From contig CM082581.2 of NCBI GenBank assembly GCA_040954595.2, positions 13,713,921-13,777,920 of the forward strand: DNA of 64,000 bases, given 5' to 3'. Position 1 is the first letter of the stretch. Each line of letters opens with the position of its first letter. The DNA comes from Balanoglossus misakiensis (Eukaryota; Animalia; Hemichordata). The position numbers were made by a program, and so were the translations under genes. This document shows, one piece after another, positions 25,601 to 37,900 of this stretch. Under the pieces are notes generated by a model, which saw only the letters and a list, made by a program, of their open reading frames with translations, made no database searches and was not told where the DNA came from.

Positions 25601-28353
25601 GATAAATGCTTAAATATTATATATTCAATATTTTACGTTAAATTTATGTTGCATCTTTATATTTGTATCAAATCCTAGGTGTTGCCGACTATAATCTTCT
25701 TCAGCTACATCCTGGCTATGCTCTACTACATCGGAGTAATGCAGTGGATTACAAATATATTTGCACTCGTTATGCAGTACACTATGGGAACGTCGGGAGC
25801 AGAGTCGCTCTGCGCAGCTGCAAATGTTTTCACCGGAATGGTAAGTCGTGCTTTCTGATATATATCAGATAGATGGATATTTTGCTTTCAAGAAAATCTA
25901 AAGTTTTCATTTGATTTTTTAAGGGGAAAATGAATATCACCATAGTTGGAATAGGAAGTGATATTGTGAATTTACTAGTGTGAACGTTAATGGAATTAAA
26001 ATATTAAATTTCTCCGACATTTTATCAGACAACAGCTCCATTGGTCATTAAACCCTACTTAAAAGACATGACGTCATCCGAACTCCACGCAGTACTAACA
26101 AGTGGTTATGCAACAATTGCCGGGAGTGTACTGGGCGCATACATCGCCTTTGGTATCAGCGCCTCGCATCTGCTGTCAGCTTCCATCATTTCGGCGCCTG
26201 CAGCACTGGCCGTTTCCAAGGTATTCTACCCCGAACTCGGCACACCCAAGACGTTATCGGGAGCCAATGCATACGAAGCAAAGAGGTAGATATCGAGATT
26301 AATAATATAGTGTAAATTGTCTCTGGTATTGTCCTCTTGTGTCTCGTATAATCCGCACTATCATACATGGAACGTAAAATGGATGTTATTTCTCTGTCTC
26401 ATATACTTGTATTTGTTATTTTATGTTTGAAGAACCGAGAAAAACATCGTAGAGGCAGCAGCGAATGGTGCCACGGATGGTTTAAATATCTGCGTTAATG
26501 TGACAGGACAGCTGATAGCCATCATTTCGACCTTGGCTTTCATTGATGCCGTTCTATCTTGGATTGGTGGAATGGTGGATCACCCTGAGTTGACCTTTTC
26601 GGTGAGTATTTGCTGATACTAGTAGCACATGTAACTATTTCAGGAAAAAAGTTGATGCAAACTTGAACCATCTTCAGACATTTACACTGGTACACATTCC
26701 TTGCAGTTAATCTGTCGGTATGTGTTGTATCCGGTTGCTTGGTTGATGGGAGTCGATTCCGAAGACTGTTACATCGTTGCTGAACTGGTTGGTGTCAAGA
26801 CATTCCTGAATGAATTCGTTGCTTATAGTCGCTTAGCTGAGTACATCAATAACAGGCATACTGGAGATGGGCCCACCATATCGGTAAGGTTGTGCGTTTT
26901 CCATGGTTTAGGGATTTGACACAAAACTATCCCCGTGTAAACCTACATTCTTTCATTCACGACAAATTCGGAATTTGCGAGAAAGTGTACAAATATATGG
27001 ACTAGATGGATAGATTGGACGGACAGACAGACAGATTAGACAGACAGTAGAGTCACATCTACACGACTGATCAAACGTATTCAAAATGCAGTTAATTTCC
27101 CGTTCATCCATATCTTCTTTCATTTGAACTGGCCTGTCACGATGTTGACCTATATCAACTGCAAACGCCATTTGCAAGCAAGCTCTGGAGATGAGTAACA
27201 GCTTCTCACAGCATTTCATTGCTTTCTGCAGCCTGATTAATGCATTTGCCTGTGCTGTCTTTTTCAATACTGAATCATGCGCCGCTCTTTGCGTGCAAGT
27301 ATTTTTCCTAACCATTAATTGTCCGTTCAACGTATGCCTGTAGGTTCGATCCGAAGTAATCGCAACTTATGCCCTGTGCGGATTTTCTAACCTTGGAGGT
27401 ATTGCCATTTATGTCGGGGGCATAAGTCCATTGGTCCCAGAGAGAGTAGGAGAGGTGGCTCTCTTGTCAATACGTGCCTTGGTAGCGGGCACTATAGCAT
27501 GCCTATTGACCGCTTGCGTCGCTGGTAAGATGTAACAAAGACACTCCTAGCTTCTTCTTGGCTTACTACTTCCGTGAACCCGTCTGAACTTTCACCCTGC
27601 TGTTTCATTTTACGCCGAGTAAATGCATATTTCTGATTGAAAATGAGTTGACAATGAAATTGTAGTACACAAATATCGACATCAGCTGATGGGCTCAAAA
27701 TATCCTACTGGTCGGGATGTTGGATCAGACCGGGTTCACGGAAACAGCTTCTTCAAAACACTAAACCATTTTATAGCAGACAGTTTCGACGGATTTGACG
27801 AGGGCCTGCAAAATGCCACCGCTCGATTTGTCGGTTTTATTCCAGGCATAAGGGACTTGTCATGGACACATTTTCTTCTCGATTGGCGACAGGTGCGCTC
27901 TGAAGTCATCGCCACATACGCCCTCTGTGGATTCACAAATCTTGGAGGGGTAGCCACCTATATTGGCGGGCTGTCACCTTTGCTGCCGCCCGATAGAAAG
28001 GGTGAGGTGGCTATACTGGCCGTGAAGGCTTTGGTGGCCGGGTCGGTTGCTTGTGTTATGACGGCCTGTGTAGCCGGTAAGCCGGGTCTGTTGTATACTG
28101 TACGTAATAAGATATAAATACTAATATGCGACCAAAGGTCATTATCAAGTGTAAGTCTCACCTTTGTGTGTATTTTGTAGCTCGTCTTGTCAATTCTTGA
28201 ACTTTAACACTCCCCACATTCTCACCTGGTCTTGTTGCTTTTTCACTAGGCGTGTTGTACGATGACTCCGGTCAAAGATTCTTCGACTCCGTTCCTGACG
28301 TCACCACGGCCAATATTTCCGTCGCCGATATCGTGACGAATGCATATGTGTAA
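22697..28353 (+). CDS. SLC28A: SLC28/CNT concentrative nucleoside transporter-like, copy 1 (about 667 aa). Exons 22697-22849, 23714-23881, 24116-24399, 24851-25007, 25168-25359, 25679-25840, 26029-26285, 26433-26601, 26707-26883, either 27344-27524 or 27893-28076, then 28250-28353
   Basis: Motifs [70 protein letters not shown], [15 protein letters not shown]. GT-AG introns with consistent phases. Confidence 0.93.
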
Positions 28354-29122
28354 TGATGGGGCTCACTCTAAGGCTCATGATACGGCACAGACCTGAACAT
28401 GGAAAACAAACCAGGGTATTAGAAGCATGTCTTATGAAATGATCGTTCGTTGGAACCATTTTTGCGCATTTCCCTGTTTTGACGTCACATTCCCAAGCAC
28501 ATATATTCAGAAAGCTAACCTGGATACTTAAACCATGATATTTGTGCTATTAGAAAAAAATCAATTCCTTTTATAGGAAAATCAACACAATTAGTAAAAG
28601 TACTGTGTCAGTTCGGGCTCTTCGTAACCCAGCAGCGTAAATTTGATATATTTAAGTGTTTTATCTTGCAAGTTTTAGTGATCGTAGGATTTGATTTTAA
28701 GGTGATCATGGTTCTGTGACTTTTGTAAACGTAGACATCTAGGCATAGTATTGTTCATGGTAAACATTTATGGGCATTATGGTGACACAATCTCGTTAAA
28801 GTTCTTCTTTTCTGCTATGGTATTTTACAATAAACGATATTTTCAAATAAATAGTAAGATTTTTTTCTCTTTTTCTATCTTGATTCGTTGTCTCTTTTGA
28901 GATCGAAAAACGTTATAGGAAATTTAGACCATATCAGTAGTATTTAAAACTTGTCACAACTTGCCATCATGACGTACGTGTTCATATGATTGACGTTTGT
29001 AGAACAATAGCGCACTTTATGAATAATTCGCGAATCAAAAATTACATGCCGACAGTGTGACATCAAACTTGAGTCGCGCAACATCGACAGTCTCACGCGT
29101 GTTTACAAACAAATACAGAATC

Positions 29123-32100
29123 ATGAGCGAGTCGTTCCAATCGTCCTCAGTCAACTCCCCGAAGTCCCAAAGCGTATACCCTGTATGGAGTGAGAGGGAT
29201 TGTCAGCATCATCCTACAAGTAACCATGTAGAGAAGGGATCTGCTACGAAGTTGAACGGGTCGTGCTACGAAAGAGTGTCCAGCGAGCAGGTATGTCATT
29301 TGAGTTGTGGTCACACACATGGTCTGAATGACAGACAACAAGTGTTCATGACATTATCCAAGTTTATGAATTAAATCAGGATATGCTTTCGAGGGGATTA
29401 AAAATCTCCCATGAAAACGAAAGTAGCAGACATACAAAATCGACTGTGTATCTCTGGAGTAGTAGAAACCAGTTACCCAAACGTGGGTGTGTGGACATTT
29501 TATCGTCCATTCACAAGGTATTTTACAGCATTGTCATCGCTTTTGTTCGTGGTGTAATCTGTTCCGGCTTCAAAGACAAGTGTGATTCATGATTCGCATG
29601 GCAGCGGAAGTGAATTCCATTGATATGAACAATACTATATAGAAATATGATTACGATAAGAACAATAGCTAGTTATTAACATTTATTACGTGCGATCACT
29701 TCTCTGCGACAATGCCTAAGCTTAACAAAGTGTACATAACAGAGAAGGACACACAGAGGGTGGTGACCGGAAAACGCAAGTGGAATTTGTCGTTCGTGAT
29801 ATTGATTCATAAATAACCAAAACCAAGATTAACACGAAATATATCTTTAACCCCAAAGTGAAATGAATTTAATAACTCCATTGCACTGGAGGGATAGGCC
29901 TAATCGGGAAAAGGCATATTATTGAAGGTCTTTGGATAGGTCTCATAATACAGAGATGCCTTCTTCCCAATCGTTATTATTAAAACAGAACGTGTTTTGG
30001 TATCACAGGACGCATATGAAATGAGACCCATTGATCCAACGCCAATGGAATCTCCACTTTATGGCGAAGATCCGAACCAACAAGCCAGCATGGCTTCTCA
30101 TCCGGGTACTGAAGTCGCCATTTTTCCCCTGGAGGAAGAAAGTTCGGCTGAAGACAGCACCCATCCTAATGCGCCATCGAATGTTATCACTAAGGTGCGA
30201 CTATTTAAACAAAGAATGCAGGAAATGTTATAAAATTGTTTCTCATTCATCTATCTAACAACAGAAATGACACTTTTATTGTGCACTTTACGTAACAACC
30301 AATGGTAAAGTAGTGAAATACAATTGTACATCACAGTTATATGCTAATAAGGAATAATTGTTGAACTTTCAAAGACAACGTCTATTGGTCTATCATAGTA
30401 ATTACCCCTGTCGTTTTATTTGCATACTGATCGTATTTTATCTTCATTTTTTTCTCAGGGGATTGATAAAATCGATTGTTTGTTGAAGGAAACCTGTTTT
30501 AAGTATCAATCGACGGTGAGGTATGTTATATGTGGCGTCTTGCTTGCGGTTTATGTGGTTTACTTTGCCGTCGCCGTCAGCAGGAATTTTCACCGTGCGC
30601 TGGCGCTGCTGGTAATGACGGTGTTTGCCGTAAGTCTGGTGGTGTACAGATTGATCGTCAAACACTGCGGGGACGCCATCTACGACGCCGTCATACAGCC
30701 CTGTTATCAGCATTGCAAGACAAGATGGCGCGTCTTGAAATGGTAAGAGTCTGAAACTCCGAAACTCGTATGCGGTCCCTGTGCACCTCTTATACCGTGT
30801 CAATAAAGACTGGCACCAACCATTTTATACTAGGACATGAATATATTCCGTATGAATTACGCAGCGTACGAATTCACAATGTTGTTGTTCCTTTATTCTT
30901 CCTCGAAATGAGACCATCCGATCAACATTTTTTCTCCACTCAGGTTGATATATCTATCTCTTTTGGCTGCCTTCTTCGTATTTTCTGGTTTGGTGGGCGT
31001 GTTCAACTCAATTGCGAAAAATCCGAAACAGTTGACGTCTGCACTCGGCATAGTTGCGTTTGTGTTCTTCAGTTTAATCTGCTCTAAACGACCAGGATGG
31101 GTAAGTAACAAAGAACAAAACTTCAAATCGAATTTATTCCACCAATCCAAACACGATTGTTCACCTAGTAAAACGTAAGATATCATTCGAATTAATTTCT
31201 AAATATATTTACATTTTTCTTTCGCCAGGTGCAATGGAGGACTGTCTTCTGGGGTCTAGGACTACAATTTTTACTTGGTATATTAATTTTGCGTACAACT
31301 GCCGGGTTTGCAAGTTTCCAGTGGCTTGGCGATGAAGTGTCGACTTTCCTGGGGTATGCGGACGTCGGGGCCGAGTTTGTGTTCAGTAAACCGCTTGAGG
31401 CTCATTTCTTCGTGTTTAAGGTATGGATTCAATCTGGTCTTAGCTGGTTCTTTGCTATTCTGCTCTTTCAGGCAGGAGTAATGGTTTGGAAGAACATAGA
31501 TTGTAATGCTTGCGTTTAGCCCTTTGACGTTGTTTTGCCTTTATAGCAGTAAACGTTCATCAATGATCCTTTTGAATTTTCTTCGATTCCAGGTGTTGCC
31601 ATCCATAATCTTTTTCAGCTATATCCTGGCTATGCTCTATTACATCGGAGTAATGCAGTGGATTACAAATATATTTGCACTCGTTATGCAGTACACTATG
31701 GGTACGTCGGGAGCAGAGTCGCTCTGCGCAGCCGCTAATATCTTCACTGGAATGGTAAGCGTGTTGATAAATTGTCTACGACCACAAGTTATTAGAACAG
31801 AAATCACCTGTGGAAGTTGGATTGATGACACACCGTGATTTTCTAACACCATGTACATAATCTTTAGTTCGATATCGTAATCATCTTCATTCCAGACAAC
31901 AGCGCCGCTAGTGGTCAAACCTTACTTGAAGCACATGACTGGATCCGAACTTCACGCAATACTGACAAGTGGTTATGCGACGATCGCTGGGGGTGTACTT
32001 GGTGCGTACATCGCTTTTGGTATCAGCGCCTCGCATCTGCTGTCGGCTTCCATCATTTCGGCGCCTGCAGCTCTAGCCGTCTCCAAGATATTCTACCCCG

Positions 32101-33420
32101 AGTTAGGCAGGCCCAAGACGTTGAGCAGTGGTGACGCACACAAGACAGAGACGTAGGTTATATTGCGCTGGAATATAAGAACACAACTCCACCAACGTTA
32201 ACAATGAACCTCGCTCTCTCTCACGTGTAGTATTTGCTCCAGGAATGTTTACGTGTGTATGATTAACATAGGGACTACATAATTCTTTGCAGGACGGAGA
32301 AGAACGTCATAGAGGCAGCAACAAATGGAGCCATGGATGGTCTGGCGGTCTGTGTCAGTGTAATTGGGCAGTTGATAGCTGTCATCTCGACCTTGGCTTT
32401 CATCGATGCCGTTCTATCTTGGATTGGTGGAATGGTCGATCACCCAGAGTTGACCTTTACGGTGAGATATCAGTTGTTGCCTGCCTACGGTCTTCGTGAA
32501 ATTGACCAATCTGGTAAAAACATTTCTACAGCTTGATTACAACTGTTTAGGCCTACCCTGCCGTAAAACAAAGCGATTTTCTTTAGATTCGTAGGAATAC
32601 TAAAAAAATGCTGAAATTGACCCATCTTCAGACATTTACACTGTTACACGTTCCTTGCAGTTAATCTGTCGGTATGTGTTGTATCCGGTTGCTTGGTTGA
32701 TGGGAGTCGATTCCGAAGACTGTTACATCGTTGCTGAACTGGTCGGTGTCAAGACATTCCTGAATGAATTCGTTGCTTATAGTCGCTTAGCCGAGTACAT
32801 CAATAACAGGCATACTGGAGATGGGCCCACTATTTCGGTAAGGCTGACGTCATTTGAAGGCCTGTGTAAATATTCCGAGTAGCATGACTGACAATTGACA
32901 GAAATAACTTCTGATTTTCGCCTTCACGGTTCCTTTCCAATTAACAGTACCCACAAAGCAATGTAAAACATCTGCCATAACAACGTGGTGTGCATATTCC
33001 ATTCAATCTTTTACAGGTGCGCTCCGAAGTCATAGTTACGTACGCCCTCTGTGGGTTTTCAAATATTGGAAGTATAGCCATCTATATCGGTGGATTGTCG
33101 CCCTTAATGCCGTCTCATCGCAAAGGTGAAGTCGCCATGTTGTCGCTAAGAGCTTTGCTGGCTGGATCCGTGGCTTGTCTGCTGACGGCCTGTGTGGCCG
33201 GTAAGCTTGTTTCATAGTAAAAGTAGTAAACAGGAAAATATATAACAGTTTGGGGTTTAATCTTATTTGGTGACATCTCCTGACCCTTCACCCTAATTTC
33301 TTTTCCTTTTTTTTCGCAGGTGTGTTGTATGATGACGATGGGCAGAGACTATTTGACTACGCTCCTTACGTAACGACAAATATTACCGCTCTGGATCTCG
33401 CCAATGTTACAAGCATTTAG
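29123..33420 (+). CDS. SLC28A: SLC28/CNT-like copy 2. Exons 29123-29290, 30009-30194, 30459-30742, 30944-31100, 31229-31420, 31593-31754, 31896-32152, 32293-32461, 32661-32837, 33017-33200, 33320-33420
   Basis: Same 11-exon architecture and CNT motifs as copy 1; the reading frame is open across all junctions. Confidence 0.93.
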
Positions 33421-34987
33421 GACGTACAGTGACGTCATCTATAATTCAAGTTTAATTAGAAAACATCTGTTCAACACTATATGGATTAAACAAATACAAA
33501 AAGGGTGCCCATGTATATGGGTAGATACTCCTATCATCGAGTGTGGATCGTTAGAAACGCCCCTGCTGAAATAAGGCCCGAAGTTTGTAAGTTATGCGTT
33601 GCACCATAGACAGTAGAAGGGGATAGTTATCCATAACTTAGTGGAGGTCACTCTAAACTTAATAGCACGGTTCACCGCTCAGGTGAAATGGGTACATTTC
33701 ATGTGAACTTTTGTGTGGAAATATCGGCCGCTTGAGTGAGTTTCAACACAATAGCCACAGAGCATGGAGAGAATGTTTACATGGAATGGCATGTAGTGAC
33801 TTTGGTCTCACCTTGGGCAGAGCGCAAGACTAATGTTCATATACCTCTGAATGTGACGTGTTATGAGCATACCTTTGCGAAAAATCGACTCATGGCGTGG
33901 AAAAATTGTTGCCAAATTATATGTTTCAGTCGCTTTTTAGATAAAATATATTGAGGATGGCTCTACTTCCTCCCACAATTCAACTCAGGAGAACAAATGA
34001 GCCTGGTTTCAACCTTTCAAAGCACCTGGCATGATCATATACAGAAGGCTCGGTGTTGTTTTCTTTACATTGTTAACAAAAAGGTCCGTATACGTCATAG
34101 ACTGGTATTTCCTTTTGGGGATAATGTCGTCAACGGGGTCGGAGGTCATAGACTGTGTTTTTGTATCCTTACTGTGTGATTGTTATTTGGGACAGCGTGA
34201 CGTAGTTAGACTTGCCAAATATTGGTGTATGTTTTATGGTTTTGTCTGTGTGCTTTATGTCATTTTTTGTGTCTCAATAAAGACTAATAAATAATTTAGA
34301 CGTTCAATGTAACTATTCTGATCTTTCACTATACAGGTCATTTAGAGGTGACCTCAAAGTTTCAGCGGCCATTCTTTGCATATAACCTACTCCGGATTTA
34401 TCATATAAAATGATAAACTTATAAAATCAATACATGACATGTTACATTTGGACTCTGAACTTCCACCATCAATTTGAATTAAACAAACGGAATGTCTTTA
34501 TGCATACTGTGTACTGCACAGATACACCAAGCCTTTATGGTGACATTCCACTGAGTAACTGGGCCGCATGTACATGTACTTCCAAGCACACAAGCACTTT
34601 CCTTGGCAGACAAGAACAGTATCTCACAAACTTTACCATAACACCGGTGTGGGCGTTGCGACCTGTCACCGGTGTACCTATATACACGCATACACAAACA
34701 AATCAAAACCTACCAAAGGAAATTCTCAAAAGGGTAAGTGACCTCGCAAGATTGACGATAACAACCTTGCCCATTGGCTCGACAATATTTATTCAGGTTA
34801 TCAGAAAGGCCGCACATAATGTGAAATTTACAGTTGGACAACTGGAGGTGCTGGACAATAGTTCGGGATAGTATTACTCCTCATTTGAATAACACTGAGC
34901 CATATATATACCTTATAACAATCATAGCATTCCTGTAAATGTCGACACACTAAAAGTTATCGTCAAAGGCGAACCAAACCAACCGAC

Positions 34988-37900
34988 ATGGACCACGATC
35001 GCGGCCACGTAAACGTTGCATATTCTGTCAGTACCCAGGCAGATCTGGACAAGGACCCGTTAGAAGCGACCGATAATGGCAGCAAAGTGCCCGGTCGAAC
35101 ATTTAAGGTAAGTCTCGTCAGGAACCACTTCTAGTTCCATCTTGTATGTTTATATGTTGTACCATTATACCGTTTCAAAGAAACCTATAACATGTCCGAG
35201 ACTTGCAATAGTGTGTTTAATTAAGAATATGAAACGTTCTCAGGTTTCCAGGTGTGAATTCTAACTCGTCTGTGACAAGGCAAAAAAAAAAACACAATGA
35301 CTTTTCAAAAAAGACATGTCACTTTAAGGTGCTAGGATATGAACAGCGCAATCAATGGCCACCGAGTTCAAGGTTAAACAACACTGTCATCTATACCTGT
35401 GTTTTAGCCAAACTCTCTGATACTCGTATACTTTCCCGCCGGCTTGTTTTACCTCAGCAGTGGCTAAGAAACCAATAAACTATGTACTGTAAGTCTGTAG
35501 CCAATATCTACAGACTTTTGGGTAAGAGGCAGGTCGGGTTTATATTATAACGCATGATTGCTCTGTCAATTTGTGAATATCCGCAATAAATCTATATGTA
35601 TTTTGTAAATAATCCCACCAATTAATGAACTCTGGACACCGTATACCACACGGGAAAAACAAAATGCACTGGGATCAAAGGTTATGTGGACATGAAGAAA
35701 TGTTGCCAAGACTGGTCTTTTTAGCATACCTTAGCGTGTACGGAAGTCTTTGAGTCGGTAGCCGGCAAAATAAACCATCAATGTTGCCTTGGCTGACCGG
35801 CTATTTTTTCAGAATGGAACAGAAACATATTTTCTCAGATTAGTCAACTCAAATTGTTAGTTGTCCTACCCTTTTAATACTAACAACATTCGATATGTGG
35901 AAGGATGATACGCCCCCCCCCCCCCCGCCGTCTACTGTGGACTTTAGTAGAATCGCTAGTAAATTGCCTGCACGGTTTTGGTACAAACATTGATCAAAAA
36001 TTTACACAAACAAACAAGGTATAATTTTCAAGAATTTGAGTGAATTTCGGTCGCAAATCATAAAGCGTTTATTGAATAAATCACGTTTGGAGATTGTTCC
36101 ACAGACTTTCCCAGGGGCGCGACTGACCCAATTTATGTCTCACAATGATTGTGGACTGAGACAGGTAGGGGCAGGTATTTCCATGGACCAGACAGAATAT
36201 GCGCGTTGATATTGTGAAGCACACTACGTGCAATGCGCTTTTATACCTTTGTTTTTAAAGTGGCATAGAGGTAAAAGTTGCAGACTGCAAAAGCCAGAGA
36301 TCGAGGGCGATCCCTGCCCGAGCACGGATTTTCCAGTCTACTATCAAAAGGGGCTACCCGAACGACAACAACAAATACCAAGCGATGGGTCGCCATTGTC
36401 ATAATCGTTTGTCCAAAATCATGGCAAAGTTTTCTTAGACCATGACCTTCGACACCCCCGCACAATGCCTCACAGAAACCTGTTCACAATTGGCTGACTT
36501 AATTTACAGAACACAGGCAGCGTACTAAAGGCAAAGAATGCATTAAGCGCTGTGCATGCACTCAGGTGTCACATGGTTAAAATGGCATGAATAAGTCTTT
36601 GAAAGTAGCACACATTATTTTCGCTTGGCCATGCTCCCACTGAAAATCTGCGATCGGTTAGATCTCAACTTTCCGTGGTAACTATTGCTAAATTTACATG
36701 GGTAACCCCCGTATACCTTAATTTTCCAGACTGGCGATGTTGAACTGGATTCCTTCCAGAATCGTTCGACTAAACACGTTATTGTGGAAGTAAATAATGT
36801 TGATGGTGATTATGATGGTGGTGTTCGTGATGATGATGATGACTTCAACCTCCCGGGAAACCGACTCACAAAGGTGATGTACGTTTAGTCACACGGCTGT
36901 AATCCAAAAGGAAACTTCAGGAGTACATGATGGCGCGTGGATATAATTTAAAATATCACCAAGATGGTTCTATAAAATGTGCGATTGTTGTTTCTGATGT
37001 ACAAGTGGGGGTGTCTTCTGGCACAATTTTGAATATCGTCCTTTTGGTTTTGTTGTTGACAACGGCGCCAAACTCCAGCGTTATAACTTATTCCATGGCA
37101 ATTTACTTCACAGGCAATCGACAACCTCGACCAGTCCACCAAGGCGTCCTGTCGACAGCACAAAACTTTAATCTGTCGCCTCCTCTGTCTGTTCTTCCTG
37201 ATACTTTACTTGGTGTATTTCTGCTACGCTCTCTACCTCGACGTGTGGAGGGCGCTCGCCCTGTGGGTCATCACCATCATTTTCGTCGTATTCATATTTT
37301 ACAAGATTGTGCAGCATCACTGGGGAGACGGCATCTATTCACACATCTGTGCGCCCCCCGTAAAACACGTCAGAAAATACTGGAGGGTATGGCGATGGTA
37401 AGGCTACTGTGGACGACAATTCACTGTTACAATACATATATATTTTGTGAAGTATATAGTAGACTAGTTTGTAAGAATCAGACTTAGGTGGAGATTGACC
37501 ACCTTGTAACGTGTGTATCAATCCACGATTGCTGTTATCACAGACAGAGAGATTTCCCTTATCACTTGCATATGTTGCTACTGGTTTACTTTTCAGGATA
37601 GTGCCGCTAATTCTGATCGTGCTCCTCGCACTTTTCGCCTGGTGGATGAAAGTGTTCCATATTTTAAGCAGGAGCCCCGAACAGCTCATTTCTGGTTTCG
37701 GTCTCGTCGTGTTTATCCTCTTCAGTTGGCTTTGTTCCAAAACACCGGGAAGGGTAAGTATATGCAACACCAATGAGGGAATAATACAAGCATTTTTTCT
37801 CTCTCAATAATATACACAATAAAATTATGTCTGTTTAACCATGATATTGTTAATCTGTACAACATCCGGGTTTGTATTACTTTCCCTCTCCCTCACCAGG

